Positions 1-10,748 of a stretch of DNA of 64,000 nt are shown piece by piece. Both the position numbers and the translations under genes were made by a program. Source of the DNA: an uncultured archaeon (GTDB lineage: Archaea; Asgardarchaeota; Lokiarchaeia; Sigyniarchaeales; SOKP01); contig CAZOYD010000002.1 in assembly GCA_964583985.1 (NCBI GenBank), positions 94,267 to 158,266 of the forward strand. The letters are read 5' to 3'. Each line of letters starts with the position of its first letter. The stretch's first letter is position 1. Under the pieces are notes generated by a model. The model saw only the letters and a list, made by a program, of their open reading frames with translations, was not told where the DNA came from and ran no database searches.

Positions 1-729
1 ATACGTTGAAAATCCTGAGTATTGACTATCCCAAAATTGCGAAGAATTTATCAGAAAAAACATCTCTTCAATCGAATTATAGGGATATTGAACTGGATTT
101 GAATTATAAAGGGATGCAATATCAACTCCCATATTTTCAATAAGCATTGAAATTGGCATCAGATTATCAATTAATGATCTTCGATCATCAATGACAAGGC
201 CAGTAGAATTATCGACCGAACTAACAAACCCATATGAAAATTCAGCGGCTCCATCATACCAAAAGAGAGATGTTTTTAATGCTAAATAATTGTCATATAA
301 TTCTTGCCACCCTAAATCATCCCGTAAGAGAGTATTATAGAGCAAAAGAGTATCAATAGGATATACTGTATCATCTGTGATTATTCCTGATGCATCTCCA
401 CTTCTAAAATAGGTATCTACTCCCATATTTAATTCAGTCCTATATTTCCCATTGAAAAATTGCCAGATTTTGTCAAAATTTACTGTGAAGGGATCCTGAA
501 ATAATGAAATCCCCGCTGAAGGATTTAAATCCAATTGATTTTCAGTCTCATCATAAAAATCTTGGTTAGGAAGTTCTGAAATTTGGATTTTATTTTGATT
601 TTTATTACATGAAAAGTAAATGATATTGGTTATCATAAAAATTATTAATACCAGAGATAAAATCTTCCTAAATTTATCTTGTTTTTCATTCCTCCTTAAA
701 TGAGATACAATACTAGCGGTAGATTTCAT
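1..729 (-). CDS. N-terminally membrane-anchored/secreted protein, truncated by the window edge (not in ORF track)
   Basis: Manual translation from ATG at 729: MKSTASIVSHLRRNEKQDKFRKI-LSLVLIIFMITNIIYFSC (basic region plus TM helix), then reads open toward position 1. Confidence 0.7.
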   Translation of the reverse strand, partial: MKSTASIVSHLRRNEKQDKFRKILSLVLIIFMITNIIYFSCNKNQNKIQISELPNQDFYDETENQLDLNPSAGISLFQDPFTVNFDKIWQFFNGKYRTELNMGVDTYFRSGDASGIITDDTVYPIDTLLLYNTLLRDDLGWQELYDNYLALKTSLFWYDGAAEFSYGFVSSVDNSTGLVIDDRRSLIDNLMPISMLIENMGVDIASLYNSNPVQYPYNSIEEMFFLINSSQFWDSQYSGFSTY

Positions 730-838
730 GCTAAACTCTTTATAACTATAATTTTATTTTTTTATACTAAGTATCTTTTTAAAAAATTTTCTTCTCTTTA
801 AAATTTTTTTCTGCAAACTTTAGTTTTTTAGAGATATG

Positions 839-2362
839 TCAATTTGTCTTATTGGTTTTTTCTGATATAAATGCTAAAATTTCTGCAATATCGATACGTT
901 CTTGATCCATTGAGTCGCGATATCTAATGGTAACAGTATTATCTTCAAGTGATTGAAAATCAACTGTAATACAGTAAGGAGTCCCTAATTCGTCTTGTCT
1001 ACGATATAACTTTCCAATTGCTCCTTTTTCATCATAAAAAGAATTGATTCTATTTTCATTCATATTTTTATAGATATTCTTTGCTAGAGTTCTGATTCTT
1101 TCTTCATTCTTTTTTAACGGAAACACGGCTAGCGTGTTTGGAGCTAAATCATAACTTAATTTTAAGACAATCCTTTGATCCCCTTTTTTTTCAGTTTTGA
1201 TTTCTTCAACCTCAAATGATGTCTCAAGTAATGTATAAATAATTCGATCAGGCCCAAAAGCGATCTCAAGAATTTGGGGTATTTCTTTGTTTTTTGGGTC
1301 ATTGCCCATTGCAATTTCAAAATTTTCGTTCGAAAATTTACCATGGCATTTAAGATCATAATTGGTTCTATCATGAATCCCACAAATTTCAACCCAACCG
1401 AATTGGTTTGTCTTAATTTCTAAATCCCACGCATCATCTGCATAATGAGCCCTCTCATTGGGAGAGTGTTGTCTTAATCTTATTACATCACTAGTAAATC
1501 CTAAAATCTTCGTAAGATAGTATCCTAAATACATGCAATAAGCAAATGCAGGTTTTTTCAATGTTCCATCTGATATTGCTCTCTTAAGTGATGTCATTTT
1601 TGGTTCATTCAAATTATCATCTTGCATTTTCCAATCCAAAAGAGGTAAAACGGTATCTTTGACATCTTCGTAGTCTTCAAATTGCATTTCTTGTTCCTTG
1701 CTTATGAATAATTGCAATTCAAACTGATCAAATGCTCTCATGCGAAGAATTTGTTGACGTGGTGAAATTTCATTTCTATATGCCTTTCCATATTGAAAAA
1801 CTTTTAAGGGATATTGCCTCCTTGAGTCTTGATCTAAGCGATTGAAAAGAAGATATGTCGTTGTGGCTGTTTCTGGCCTCAAATAAACCGTAGTTCCTGC
1901 ACCTACTTGCGTTTTAAGCATTAGGTTATATTTCTCAATCTTTCCAAATGGAGTATCGCATTTAGGACAGACAACTTTATTATCTTTAATTAATTGTTCC
2001 ATATTCTCATAAGACATCCCATCAATCATTCGATCTGGGAACAATTCCTGAAGAAATTTATCTGCTCGCAGAAGATTAGCACATTGTGAACATTTTAAAA
2101 TTGGATCGATGAAGCGATCTAAATGTCCAGAGGCCTTCCATACAATTTCAGGCATTATAGTAGGACATTCCACTTCACCAAAGCCAAAATATCTTAACTC
2201 TCTTCTAAATATGGATAATATATTATTTTTCAATGCCACACCCGCAGGACCATAAGAATAAAATCCCGCTAATCCACCGTAAATTTCAGGAGAGGGCCCC
2301 CAAATAAAGCCCCTTCTCTTAATCAAAGAATTGAACGTTTCAATCTTATCTTCTATCTTCAC
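839..2362 (-). CDS. glyS: glycine--tRNA ligase (archaeal/eukaryal alpha2 type)
   Basis: EIYGGLAGFYSYGP, LRPETA, YRNEISPR, R.AHYA..AWD, anticodon domain IGKLYRRQDELGTPYCITVDF. Confidence 0.96.
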   Translation of the reverse strand: MKIEDKIETFNSLIKRRGFIWGPSPEIYGGLAGFYSYGPAGVALKNNILSIFRRELRYFGFGEVECPTIMPEIVWKASGHLDRFIDPILKCSQCANLLRADKFLQELFPDRMIDGMSYENMEQLIKDNKVVCPKCDTPFGKIEKYNLMLKTQVGAGTTVYLRPETATTTYLLFNRLDQDSRRQYPLKVFQYGKAYRNEISPRQQILRMRAFDQFELQLFISKEQEMQFEDYEDVKDTVLPLLDWKMQDDNLNEPKMTSLKRAISDGTLKKPAFAYCMYLGYYLTKILGFTSDVIRLRQHSPNERAHYADDAWDLEIKTNQFGWVEICGIHDRTNYDLKCHGKFSNENFEIAMGNDPKNKEIPQILEIAFGPDRIIYTLLETSFEVEEIKTEKKGDQRIVLKLSYDLAPNTLAVFPLKKNEERIRTLAKNIYKNMNENRINSFYDEKGAIGKLYRRQDELGTPYCITVDFQSLEDNTVTIRYRDSMDQERIDIAEILAFISEKTNKTN

Positions 2363-2541
2363 TTTTTAGTCTACTCTATTGTAATGGTTTTTTAAATAGT
2401 TCATAATATTTCTATTTTAAGAATCCCAATAATTATGGCGTTTATACACAAGTAATAAAATAAATTTTTATATAACTAAAAGATATTATTATAAATATTA
2501 TAATATCATTAGTCAGTTCAAATTAAACTTAAATTAATGAC

Positions 2542-3405
2542 TTGTTAATCATGATACTTCAAGACATCCCATTTCAATTTTTCACTCTCTGGTCAGGAAT
2601 TGAGAGTGGATTGTATTATGCCATAATAGGATTTTATGTGCTAATTTTCTTCTATTTTTTATTAATGCGCTTCAGAACTTCCAAAAAGATGTATTGGTTA
2701 TTCTTTTCATTATTATTTTTATGTTTGGCAGTGGGAAGAATCTTTTTCATTATATATTATTTTTATGCACCAGAATTATATGGAATATTGAGTAATCCAG
2801 AATTAGTTGCTATATTGATGATTTATTATAGATTCGCTACATTATTTACATGGTTTGGAATAGCATGCTTGATGGTAATCTTAGGAATTCTTATATTTCC
2901 ACCTCTAGCTGATAATATTGAGAGGAAGAGTGAAACGAGTTTTAAAAGCAAGTTAAAAGGACTTTTTAGAGAGAAATTTTTGCGCTTAATTTTAAAAATT
3001 GCTTTATTTATTATACCTATTATTATTGGAGTGGCTGCGCTTATTTTACCGGATTCACTTTTCATGGATCCTGATTTTGTTACTAAATATGGAGTTGATC
3101 CTTCAAGTTTAGATTTAACTTTTTTTGGATATCCAGCGGGAAGAGCTGTTCTTAATTTTATATTATTACCAATATTTGTTGCTTTCATTCCATTCTTGTA
3201 CTTATCATTAGCAATGCGAACTTTTGGTGTTTTAAGAAGATCATATGCATTAAATGCTGTTGGATTCTTAATCTACTTTTTGGGTAGAATTTTACAAGGA
3301 TTACTTAGTTCATTTCCACACGTTAGTGCTACGTTACCACCACTTCTAATATTGCTATCGTTATTGATAATAGTTATTGCGAATAACTATGAACAACTTA
3401 AATAA
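2542..3405 (+). CDS. multi-pass (about 7 TM) membrane protein
   Basis: Approximately 7 hydrophobic segments and no cytoplasmic domain. Confidence 0.7.
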   Translation: MLIMILQDIPFQFFTLWSGIESGLYYAIIGFYVLIFFYFLLMRFRTSKKMYWLFFSLLFLCLAVGRIFFIIYYFYAPELYGILSNPELVAILMIYYRFATLFTWFGIACLMVILGILIFPPLADNIERKSETSFKSKLKGLFREKFLRLILKIALFIIPIIIGVAALILPDSLFMDPDFVTKYGVDPSSLDLTFFGYPAGRAVLNFILLPIFVAFIPFLYLSLAMRTFGVLRRSYALNAVGFLIYFLGRILQGLLSSFPHVSATLPPLLILLSLLIIVIANNYEQLK

Positions 3406-3571
3406 TACTCGTATCTAACTTTTTAATTTTTTTTAATTTAAATTTTAAAGATTAAAGCAATAGAATAAAAGTATAATATTTTTAGTAATAATTAACTTGA
3501 TTAATTAAATAATATATTAAATTGAAATACAATTTAGCTCTAAAATAATACATATTCGAGGTGAAAATTTC

Positions 3572-5200
3572 TTGTCTATTCATGGTAGTCAATATCTCTT
3601 GACTTTATTTAATGGCCCATCAAATATCCCCCCAATCAATGAAAATGATGAATTAGCTTTAGCTTTTTATTTATTAACTAAGGATAAAAAAAACAATGAA
3701 AAGATAACCAGTTTTTCACGATTATTATGGCCCTTTTTATGCATTCAAGGAGTTATAAGCACACATATAATACTTGATGGGTTGATGATGTTTTCAAGGA
3801 AGGGAAAATTATCCAATCCTCCCAGACAACCCTTGATTGGCCATTTACTTAGAAATATCGAAAATCGAACGAAAATTGAACAACTTTCAAAGATTTACGA
3901 TGTGTTAACTTATAAGGACGTCGACGCTGAAGAAATAGGAGAAGGAGAAGAATCTGAGTTTCAAAAATTGATAATTGAAGGTCTAATTAATCCCGGATTT
4001 CTTCAAACATTAGCAACTCTTTTACCACTTATTAACTATCAACCAATTACTGAATATATGCCATTAGATTCTGGATTATCTACAGATATAGCTTTAGATC
4101 TCGCTGAAAAATATAGAAAAATGATTGAATACATGAAAGGAAATGCTTTACGTTGGGAAACCCAAATTGATTTGATTGGTAAAGAAGTTGATAAATGGCT
4201 GGTGGAGCTAAATGTTGAATTTAAAGACATTGAATCCCGATATTCTTCACAAATCACTAAAACATCTCAAATAATTGACAATTCTCAAGTACGAGAGCAA
4301 CTTGATTTAGAGGGAGATAAAATTGAGCAATGGAAAGTAAATGAAAAGAAAAAATTGATTGAAGGGATTTCTGTATTATATAAAACAATAGAATACCAAC
4401 TTGAGGGGACACTTAAAAAAAATAAAATGTTTACTCAAAGCGATACTCTCAAAAGTCGAGTATTTGAAGATTTGATCAGCACCTTTGAAAATCATTTTGA
4501 ATTTTTAAAAATGGATGGTCAGAAGTTTTTAGAAACCGTGGAGACATTAAATGATAAATTTATTGAACTCAAGGAACGTGGTCCTTTAATCGATGAACAA
4601 GCAAAAAAGAGATTGGCAGATTTAACGACTCAACTGAATTCAGAGTTAAAAGCCCGTGATGTACATTTAAATAAATTTGAAAGCGAAAAACAACAAAAAA
4701 TCTCTGAAATCAATACGTTTAAAGGACAAATTGAGAATTTATTTTCTCAAATAAAAACTGTTATCAAAACGAAGCAGAATAATTGTTTACAAGAGGCAGG
4801 AGATCTCATAAGTTGGTCTCTAAACGACAATAAAGCAGAAATTTTTTCAAGACCGATCCAATGGATTTACATGCCACTATATGCGATGTTTATAGAAGAC
4901 AATGATACCATGGAAGAAAAATTGCGCATAGTATTTCCTGGAAATGTCATACAAGATCCTAATAACATTTACAATGAAATTTCTGAAGAATTGATAATGC
5001 TAAAAAATCAAATTTATGAGAAGGTAGAAGATGACATGGCTTTAAGGTCTAATTTTGAATTTTCTTGCGAGAACAAGAATATTCTTGAGGATAAAAATCT
5101 TGATAAGAAGATACAGCAAGGTATCTCTATTCTGAGGAATAAGAATATAATCAATGACGATATCGAACGAGATATTCGCAACAATTTAAGCAACTTGTAA
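3572..5200 (+). CDS. hypothetical protein with long central coiled coil
   Basis: 542-aa ORF, GAGGTGA SD before TTG start, E/K/Q/L-rich heptad region. Confidence 0.7.
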   Translation: MSIHGSQYLLTLFNGPSNIPPINENDELALAFYLLTKDKKNNEKITSFSRLLWPFLCIQGVISTHIILDGLMMFSRKGKLSNPPRQPLIGHLLRNIENRTKIEQLSKIYDVLTYKDVDAEEIGEGEESEFQKLIIEGLINPGFLQTLATLLPLINYQPITEYMPLDSGLSTDIALDLAEKYRKMIEYMKGNALRWETQIDLIGKEVDKWLVELNVEFKDIESRYSSQITKTSQIIDNSQVREQLDLEGDKIEQWKVNEKKKLIEGISVLYKTIEYQLEGTLKKNKMFTQSDTLKSRVFEDLISTFENHFEFLKMDGQKFLETVETLNDKFIELKERGPLIDEQAKKRLADLTTQLNSELKARDVHLNKFESEKQQKISEINTFKGQIENLFSQIKTVIKTKQNNCLQEAGDLISWSLNDNKAEIFSRPIQWIYMPLYAMFIEDNDTMEEKLRIVFPGNVIQDPNNIYNEISEELIMLKNQIYEKVEDDMALRSNFEFSCENKNILEDKNLDKKIQQGISILRNKNIINDDIERDIRNNLSNL

Positions 5201-5212
5201 ACCAATTCTGAG

Positions 5213-5872
5213 ATGGTAAAAATTAAACCGGAGTTAAAAAATAGGTTAGATCTGAAAAAAACTACGTTAAGAAATCTTTTTTCACATTTAGAAAGAGAAA
5301 AAGATCATGGGGTTGCTTCCACCTATGAAGAAAAACTTCAGAGCATGGTATATATTCAGATGAGACTACCTATTGAAAAAATAACTAAAGAATTCGAAGA
5401 AAATATTAAAAAGAAGATAGAAGCTAATATTTATCAAGCCAAAATTAGAGAAGCCACTGAAAAAGATCTTGAAATTGTCACAGAAATTTACAACAAGTCA
5501 TGGCTTACATCTAAGACCCCATTTCGGCCAATAGAGAAAGAAACTTTGAAAACAATATTTCATCATCCGGATACTATATTCTTGATTGCAAGAGTCTATG
5601 GAATAGATGGTGGTTTTGTACTCCTCGATTTAGAAGGTGATAATAAAGAATATGGTGTTATAGCAGGACTGGGTATAATTCCCCGATATCAACGAAAGGG
5701 TTTGGGCACAATTCTGGGTTTAGCTGCGTGGAGTCATTTAAAAGAAAAAGGTATTAAAGAGTTACGATGCGAAGTATATAAAGAAAATCAGGTATCATAC
5801 CAATTTATTAAAGGTCTCCAATTTGAAGAGTACGGAGAAAAAACCTACCGAAAAGAAGATTTTGAACCTTAA
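5213..5872 (+). CDS. GNAT family N-acetyltransferase
   Basis: Motif A LGIIPRYQRKGLG, V...N..S..F...L.F. Confidence 0.88.
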   Translation: MVKIKPELKNRLDLKKTTLRNLFSHLEREKDHGVASTYEEKLQSMVYIQMRLPIEKITKEFEENIKKKIEANIYQAKIREATEKDLEIVTEIYNKSWLTSKTPFRPIEKETLKTIFHHPDTIFLIARVYGIDGGFVLLDLEGDNKEYGVIAGLGIIPRYQRKGLGTILGLAAWSHLKEKGIKELRCEVYKENQVSYQFIKGLQFEEYGEKTYRKEDFEP

Positions 5873-5904
5873 TTAATGCTTATAAAAATTGAAGGAGTAT
5901 AATA

Positions 5905-6549
5905 ATGTCAAGCTCAAATAATAGTTTCAAAAAGAAAGCTGTTAGAAGACTATTTTTTTCATACAATAAGGAAGAGAAAACGAAGGATGACATTGACAAT
6001 GAGATTCTAGCTTCGGGAATGAAATATATTCAAATGCGATTACCTGTAGAAAAAATAACCAGTGAATTTGAAGATAAGATACGCAAAAACATAGAACAGG
6101 GTGTTATTAAAGCTAAAATTCGAGAAGCAAGCTCAAAGGATTTAGAAATTGTGGTATATTTATATAATAGAAGTTGGATGACTAGTTGTACTCCCTATAG
6201 TCCAATTGATTTAGAAACTCTTAAAAAGATTGCGAATTACCAAGAGACTGTCATTTTTATTGCCAGCGTATATGGAATCGATGGAGGATTTGTTATTTTA
6301 GATCTTGAAGGTCCTAATAAAGAATATGGGATAATAGCAGGGTTAGGAGTTATTCCTCGTTTTCAACGAAAAGGACTTGGAAAAATTTTAGGAATGGCTG
6401 CTTGGAATCACTTCAAAAAAGTAGGTGTGAAGGAGTTACGTTGCGAAGTGTATCATGAGAATAAAGCATCCTACAAATTTATTTCTTCTTTAGGATTTGA
6501 GGAGTATGATGTAAAGATTTACCGTAGTGAAGATTTTAATATTGAGTGA
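5905..6549 (+). CDS. GNAT family N-acetyltransferase (tandem paralog of 5213-5872)
   Basis: LGVIPRFQRKGLG; shares YIQMRLP.EKIT and VYGIDGGFV.LDLEG.NKEYG with its neighbour. Confidence 0.88.
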   Translation: MSSSNNSFKKKAVRRLFFSYNKEEKTKDDIDNEILASGMKYIQMRLPVEKITSEFEDKIRKNIEQGVIKAKIREASSKDLEIVVYLYNRSWMTSCTPYSPIDLETLKKIANYQETVIFIASVYGIDGGFVILDLEGPNKEYGIIAGLGVIPRFQRKGLGKILGMAAWNHFKKVGVKELRCEVYHENKASYKFISSLGFEEYDVKIYRSEDFNIE

Positions 6550-6563
6550 AAAAGAATTCGATC

Positions 6564-7991
6564 CTATTGACTCTTTTTTATTGAATGTATTTTTTCTTTA
6601 ATTAGGTCTATCTCAGATATATTTTCAATCTCCTCATAGTGCAGTTTTGCACGTTCAAAATACTCTAGTGCGTTTTCTATATCTTTATTAGCTATAGATA
6701 CATCTCCTAACCTTTCAAGAATCATAGCTACTTGTTTAGGAGAATTTAGAAATTCATATAGATTTAACGCTTTTTGATAATATTCGATTGATTTCATTTT
6801 ATTTTGTATGTAATCATAATAAATCTTAGCAATTTTAACTGATAATTCTGCTACTTTTTCTTTATCTCCAAACTTTTCGTAAATTTCACTTGCATAGTTA
6901 TAGTATTCAATTGTACTCTCATCTTCGCCTCTTAAAGCATGTAATCTCGCTATATCTTCTAAAACTAGTCCTTCTTTAATGTGATCTTGAATTTCGAAAG
7001 TTCGGATGGTACTTAAACTCTTTAAAAAGAAATCTTCAGCGTCAGCATCATTGTCCCACATCAGGTTTAATTTTCCTAAGTAAAGGAAACATTCCCACTC
7101 TAAGCGAGCCTTATCATAAATTGAAATTTGGTCTTTTATTCTTTCTACAATCTCTAAAGCTTGATTTAAGAAATGATAGGATTGGTCATAGTAAATTTCA
7201 CCATAAAAATAATATAATTTTCCAAATTTAATTTGTGTTTGAATTAATCCATATGCATTCTCATTTTCTTTGAAGAAACTTTCATTTCTTTTCAGAATTC
7301 TAATGATTCTATCATAATCCTTCAATATAAATAATATTTCAACTAAATTACTTGAAGTTCTCACAGAATCGAATTCATATTCATGTTTTTCGGAAATGTC
7401 TAACGCCTCTTGGTATTTATTATATGCTTCATCCCATTCTTTTAAAACGTAATATATATTGCCCAAATTATTTAAGACTTGAATAATTTTTTGCTGATCA
7501 TCCAATTTTTGTAAGATACAAAGAGCTGAATTAAAATGATAAATAGCTTGTTCAAAGTAACCTCTTTCTTCGTGTAACAATCCAATTTCATTATGTGATA
7601 CGGCGATATTCATTGAATCATCATCCTCACTAAAATTACTCAATGCTAGTTCGAGATTTTTTAACGTGGATTCAAAATCTCGCTTTTTATAATATAAACT
7701 AGCTTTTTTAAGCAAGAGATCTCCAATCGGTTCCCCCATTTGTTCTTTTCCCGATAATTCTTGCTCGATTTTTTTCAATTTTTCTTCAATTTCTTCATTA
7801 TAATAGACGTCTACATCATAATTTTCCTCATCCATCCCTGCTTCAGAATAATAAAAGAGACTTTCATCATGAGATTGTTGAATTCGTTTATTTAAATCAA
7901 TATCTATATTGGTTATTAATGGTTTATTGCAATAATGGCAATATTTCCAATCGGATTCAATTTCACGTTTACAATAATGACAAATTGGCAT
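6564..7991 (-). CDS. zinc-ribbon plus tetratricopeptide repeat protein
   Basis: N-terminal CHYC..CHYC, repeated NNLG..Y / A..YY..AL TPR motifs. Confidence 0.85.
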   Translation of the reverse strand: MPICHYCKREIESDWKYCHYCNKPLITNIDIDLNKRIQQSHDESLFYYSEAGMDEENYDVDVYYNEEIEEKLKKIEQELSGKEQMGEPIGDLLLKKASLYYKKRDFESTLKNLELALSNFSEDDDSMNIAVSHNEIGLLHEERGYFEQAIYHFNSALCILQKLDDQQKIIQVLNNLGNIYYVLKEWDEAYNKYQEALDISEKHEYEFDSVRTSSNLVEILFILKDYDRIIRILKRNESFFKENENAYGLIQTQIKFGKLYYFYGEIYYDQSYHFLNQALEIVERIKDQISIYDKARLEWECFLYLGKLNLMWDNDADAEDFFLKSLSTIRTFEIQDHIKEGLVLEDIARLHALRGEDESTIEYYNYASEIYEKFGDKEKVAELSVKIAKIYYDYIQNKMKSIEYYQKALNLYEFLNSPKQVAMILERLGDVSIANKDIENALEYFERAKLHYEEIENISEIDLIKEKIHSIKKSQ

Positions 7992-8079
7992 GTTTATTTG
8001 GGTACTTTGTTTTTTAGGCTATTTTGAATATAGAAAAACTTTGCTCATTTAAAATTAATTAACTTGAATCAAGGTACTA

Positions 8080-9000
8080 TTATTTTTCACTATAAAGTTT
8101 CAATTCAAGTTCTATATCTTTATCACTCATTCCAAATGATTTTAAGAGGATTTGGATCTGCAAAATAGCATTTTTTGATTTTACTTGTTCTGCTAAATGT
8201 AGTGCTTGGATATATTGATCCTTTGCTTCATTCATTTTTCCTTGATAAAAAAGGCATTCAGCAACATAACTTAAACCTTTTATTATGAATTCAGCAAAGT
8301 TGGACTCAATCGATAGATTAGTTCCCATTTTAAAGTGATATAACGCTTCTTCATAATTTCCTTGATTTCGCTTGATGATTCCTAAATTATAATGTGACAC
8401 TATCATTCCTTTGTTATCTTTTAACTTGGAAAATGATTCTAATGTTTTTTCATAGAGTTCATAGACGATTTCCCATTCTCCTTGTTGCTCATATATTGAT
8501 ATCAGTCTTTCAAGACAATCTAAAATACTATATAAATCATTATTATCTGAAGCAATTGCACTACATTTAAAAAAGATATCAGATGCTTGATCTAATCGAT
8601 TCAAATTTATTAGAGCATCTCCAATCCCTTTTAAACAGGTGATTTGTTCGGGTATTTGTTTTAATTCAATATTTATTTCATTAGCGCTTTGATAATATTC
8701 AATAGCTTTCTCAAACTTTTTTTTTTTAAGAAATAGCGTTCCTAGCAAGCCATATACTGACGCTTGTCCTAATCTATCTTTTAATAATTGAAAAAATTTC
8801 AAACATAACAAATAATTCTTTTCGGATTCCTCAAATAGTTCCAATTGTAGTTGAATTAAAGCAATATCACTAAGTTCTTGGAAATATTCAGATCCCTTTC
8901 CAATTTTTTCTAATCCCTTTAAAATTTCGATTTTTTCGTTAAGGAGAGTTTCTAATTCTTTTTGGGAATAATCGTCGTTATTTTCAACCATAATTATCAA
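8080..9000 (-). CDS. tetratricopeptide repeat protein
   Basis: Multiple TPR units (YNLG....QGNYEEAL..F). Confidence 0.85.
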   Translation of the reverse strand: MIIMVENNDDYSQKELETLLNEKIEILKGLEKIGKGSEYFQELSDIALIQLQLELFEESEKNYLLCLKFFQLLKDRLGQASVYGLLGTLFLKKKKFEKAIEYYQSANEINIELKQIPEQITCLKGIGDALINLNRLDQASDIFFKCSAIASDNNDLYSILDCLERLISIYEQQGEWEIVYELYEKTLESFSKLKDNKGMIVSHYNLGIIKRNQGNYEEALYHFKMGTNLSIESNFAEFIIKGLSYVAECLFYQGKMNEAKDQYIQALHLAEQVKSKNAILQIQILLKSFGMSDKDIELELKLYSEK

Positions 9001-9031
9001 GAGAATAGTCTTATTTTGATTAAATATACAT

Positions 9032-9469
9032 TCATTGTAATAATTCTTCTAAAATTTCTGCTGCATTCTTCACACAATGAACACATTTTTTTTCTAATAA
9101 ATCATTTTGGTTGAAGTAATCCATTCCTTCAGCAGTATTAATATTACAACCAAGTATTTCCTTGCAAATCACTGAACCGTTTTCTTTTTGAAATTTATTG
9201 AAAAATTCATTTATAACTTGATATGTCTTTTCCTTAGCTTCAGCTTCCTTGCTAACCCCCATACCATATTTTAATCCTATTACCATATAAGACCCCGTCA
9301 CAGCGCCACATATTCCACCATTGCGGGCGATTCCTCCTCCAAATCCTGTAGATATTTTCAAAGCTTTATCCAGATCTAATCCATAATGTGGTGCATAAGT
9401 GCTGAAGATAGATTGAGCACAACTGAAATTTTCTTTAAACCTTGATAGAGCTTCCTCAATTCTTGACAT
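9032..9469 (-). CDS. C_GCAxxG_C_C family putative redox-active protein
   Basis: SCAQS, GFGGG, ICGAVTG, SVICKEILG, C-terminal KC. Confidence 0.9.
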   Translation of the reverse strand: MSRIEEALSRFKENFSCAQSIFSTYAPHYGLDLDKALKISTGFGGGIARNGGICGAVTGSYMVIGLKYGMGVSKEAEAKEKTYQVINEFFNKFQKENGSVICKEILGCNINTAEGMDYFNQNDLLEKKCVHCVKNAAEILEELLQ

Positions 9470-9591
9470 TTTAAATAATTCTGTTTTTTTAAAAAAGACA
9501 AATTCTAAATCTATAAGAAATATAAGATTTCTTATCTATTATATATTTAGAGATAAAATGACCATATAATTTCTGAATGAGGTTATTCTAA

Positions 9592-10704
9592 ATGAAAGTG
9601 AAAGCTAGGTTATTTGATAAACTTGATGAAAAAAAAGTTAAGTGCCACGTATGTGCTAATGAATGTATTATCCTACCAGATAAGGTGGGAACCTGTGGAA
9701 CAAGAAAAAATTTTGATGGAGAATTATATTCCTTAATTTATGGATCTTTGATATCATCTGGAAGTTTAGATCCAATTGAAAAAAAACCCCTTTATAATTA
9801 CTGGCCAGGGGCTACTGCTTATTCAATCGCATCAATTGGGTGTTCCTTTAAATGTCAAAATTGCCAAAACTGGTCCATTAGCCAAGCTATTCCAACAGAT
9901 GATGGAAAAGATGGTTTTTATGATATCAAAGGATACGAGAGTCATGAAATGTCATTAGTTGAAATGACGCCCGAACAATTAGTGAAAAAAGTCATTAAAA
10001 GTGGAGCAAAAACATTAGCATACACCTATAATGAGCCACTTATTTGGCATGAATGGATATTGGATACAAATAAATTGCTTAAGAAAGAAGATATTAAGAC
10101 TATCTTAGTAACTAATGGATATTCTACTCCAGAAGCTTCAAAAGAATTAATAGATGCCGGTATAGACGCTGCAAACATAGATATTAAATCAATGTCGGAT
10201 GAGTTCTATAAGAAGATATGTGGAGTTAAATCAGTTCAACCAGTTTTAGATACTGCAAAATTGTTCAAAGAAAATGGAATACACGTGGAAATCACAAATT
10301 TAGTAATCCCTGATCTGAATGATAGCCAAAAAGATATTGAAGACTTATCACGATGGATAGTCAATAATTTAGGACAAAATACACCTACTCATTTTTCTGC
10401 TTACCATCCCGATTTCAAAGCACCTTCCAAGAAAAGAACGCCTCATGATGTTCTCGATCGAGCTTATCACATAGCTCAAAATTCAGGATTATATTATGTG
10501 TATGTTGGTAATTTACCACACGATAAAGGAAGTAATACATACTGCCCAAATTGTAATCATCTAATAATAGGTAGGCGAGGTTATAATTTTACAAAAATAG
10601 ATATTACGAAAGATAAAAAGTGTCCAAATTGCGGGTATGATTTTAAAAATGATATAATTGGGATGATTAATCGAGAAAAGAAATTCGATAGTTCATTTTT
10701 TTAA
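9592..10704 (+). CDS. AmmeMemoRadiSam-type radical SAM enzyme (PFL-activating family)
   Basis: C..C...C....C N-terminal cluster, DPIEKKPL, GCSFKCQNCQNW, YTYNEP, YVYVGN, CPNC. Confidence 0.88.
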   Translation: MKVKARLFDKLDEKKVKCHVCANECIILPDKVGTCGTRKNFDGELYSLIYGSLISSGSLDPIEKKPLYNYWPGATAYSIASIGCSFKCQNCQNWSISQAIPTDDGKDGFYDIKGYESHEMSLVEMTPEQLVKKVIKSGAKTLAYTYNEPLIWHEWILDTNKLLKKEDIKTILVTNGYSTPEASKELIDAGIDAANIDIKSMSDEFYKKICGVKSVQPVLDTAKLFKENGIHVEITNLVIPDLNDSQKDIEDLSRWIVNNLGQNTPTHFSAYHPDFKAPSKKRTPHDVLDRAYHIAQNSGLYYVYVGNLPHDKGSNTYCPNCNHLIIGRRGYNFTKIDITKDKKCPNCGYDFKNDIIGMINREKKFDSSFF

Positions 10705-10748
10705 CAAAAAAGGTGTAAAAATAAATAAAGATTTTTAATTATAAGAAT

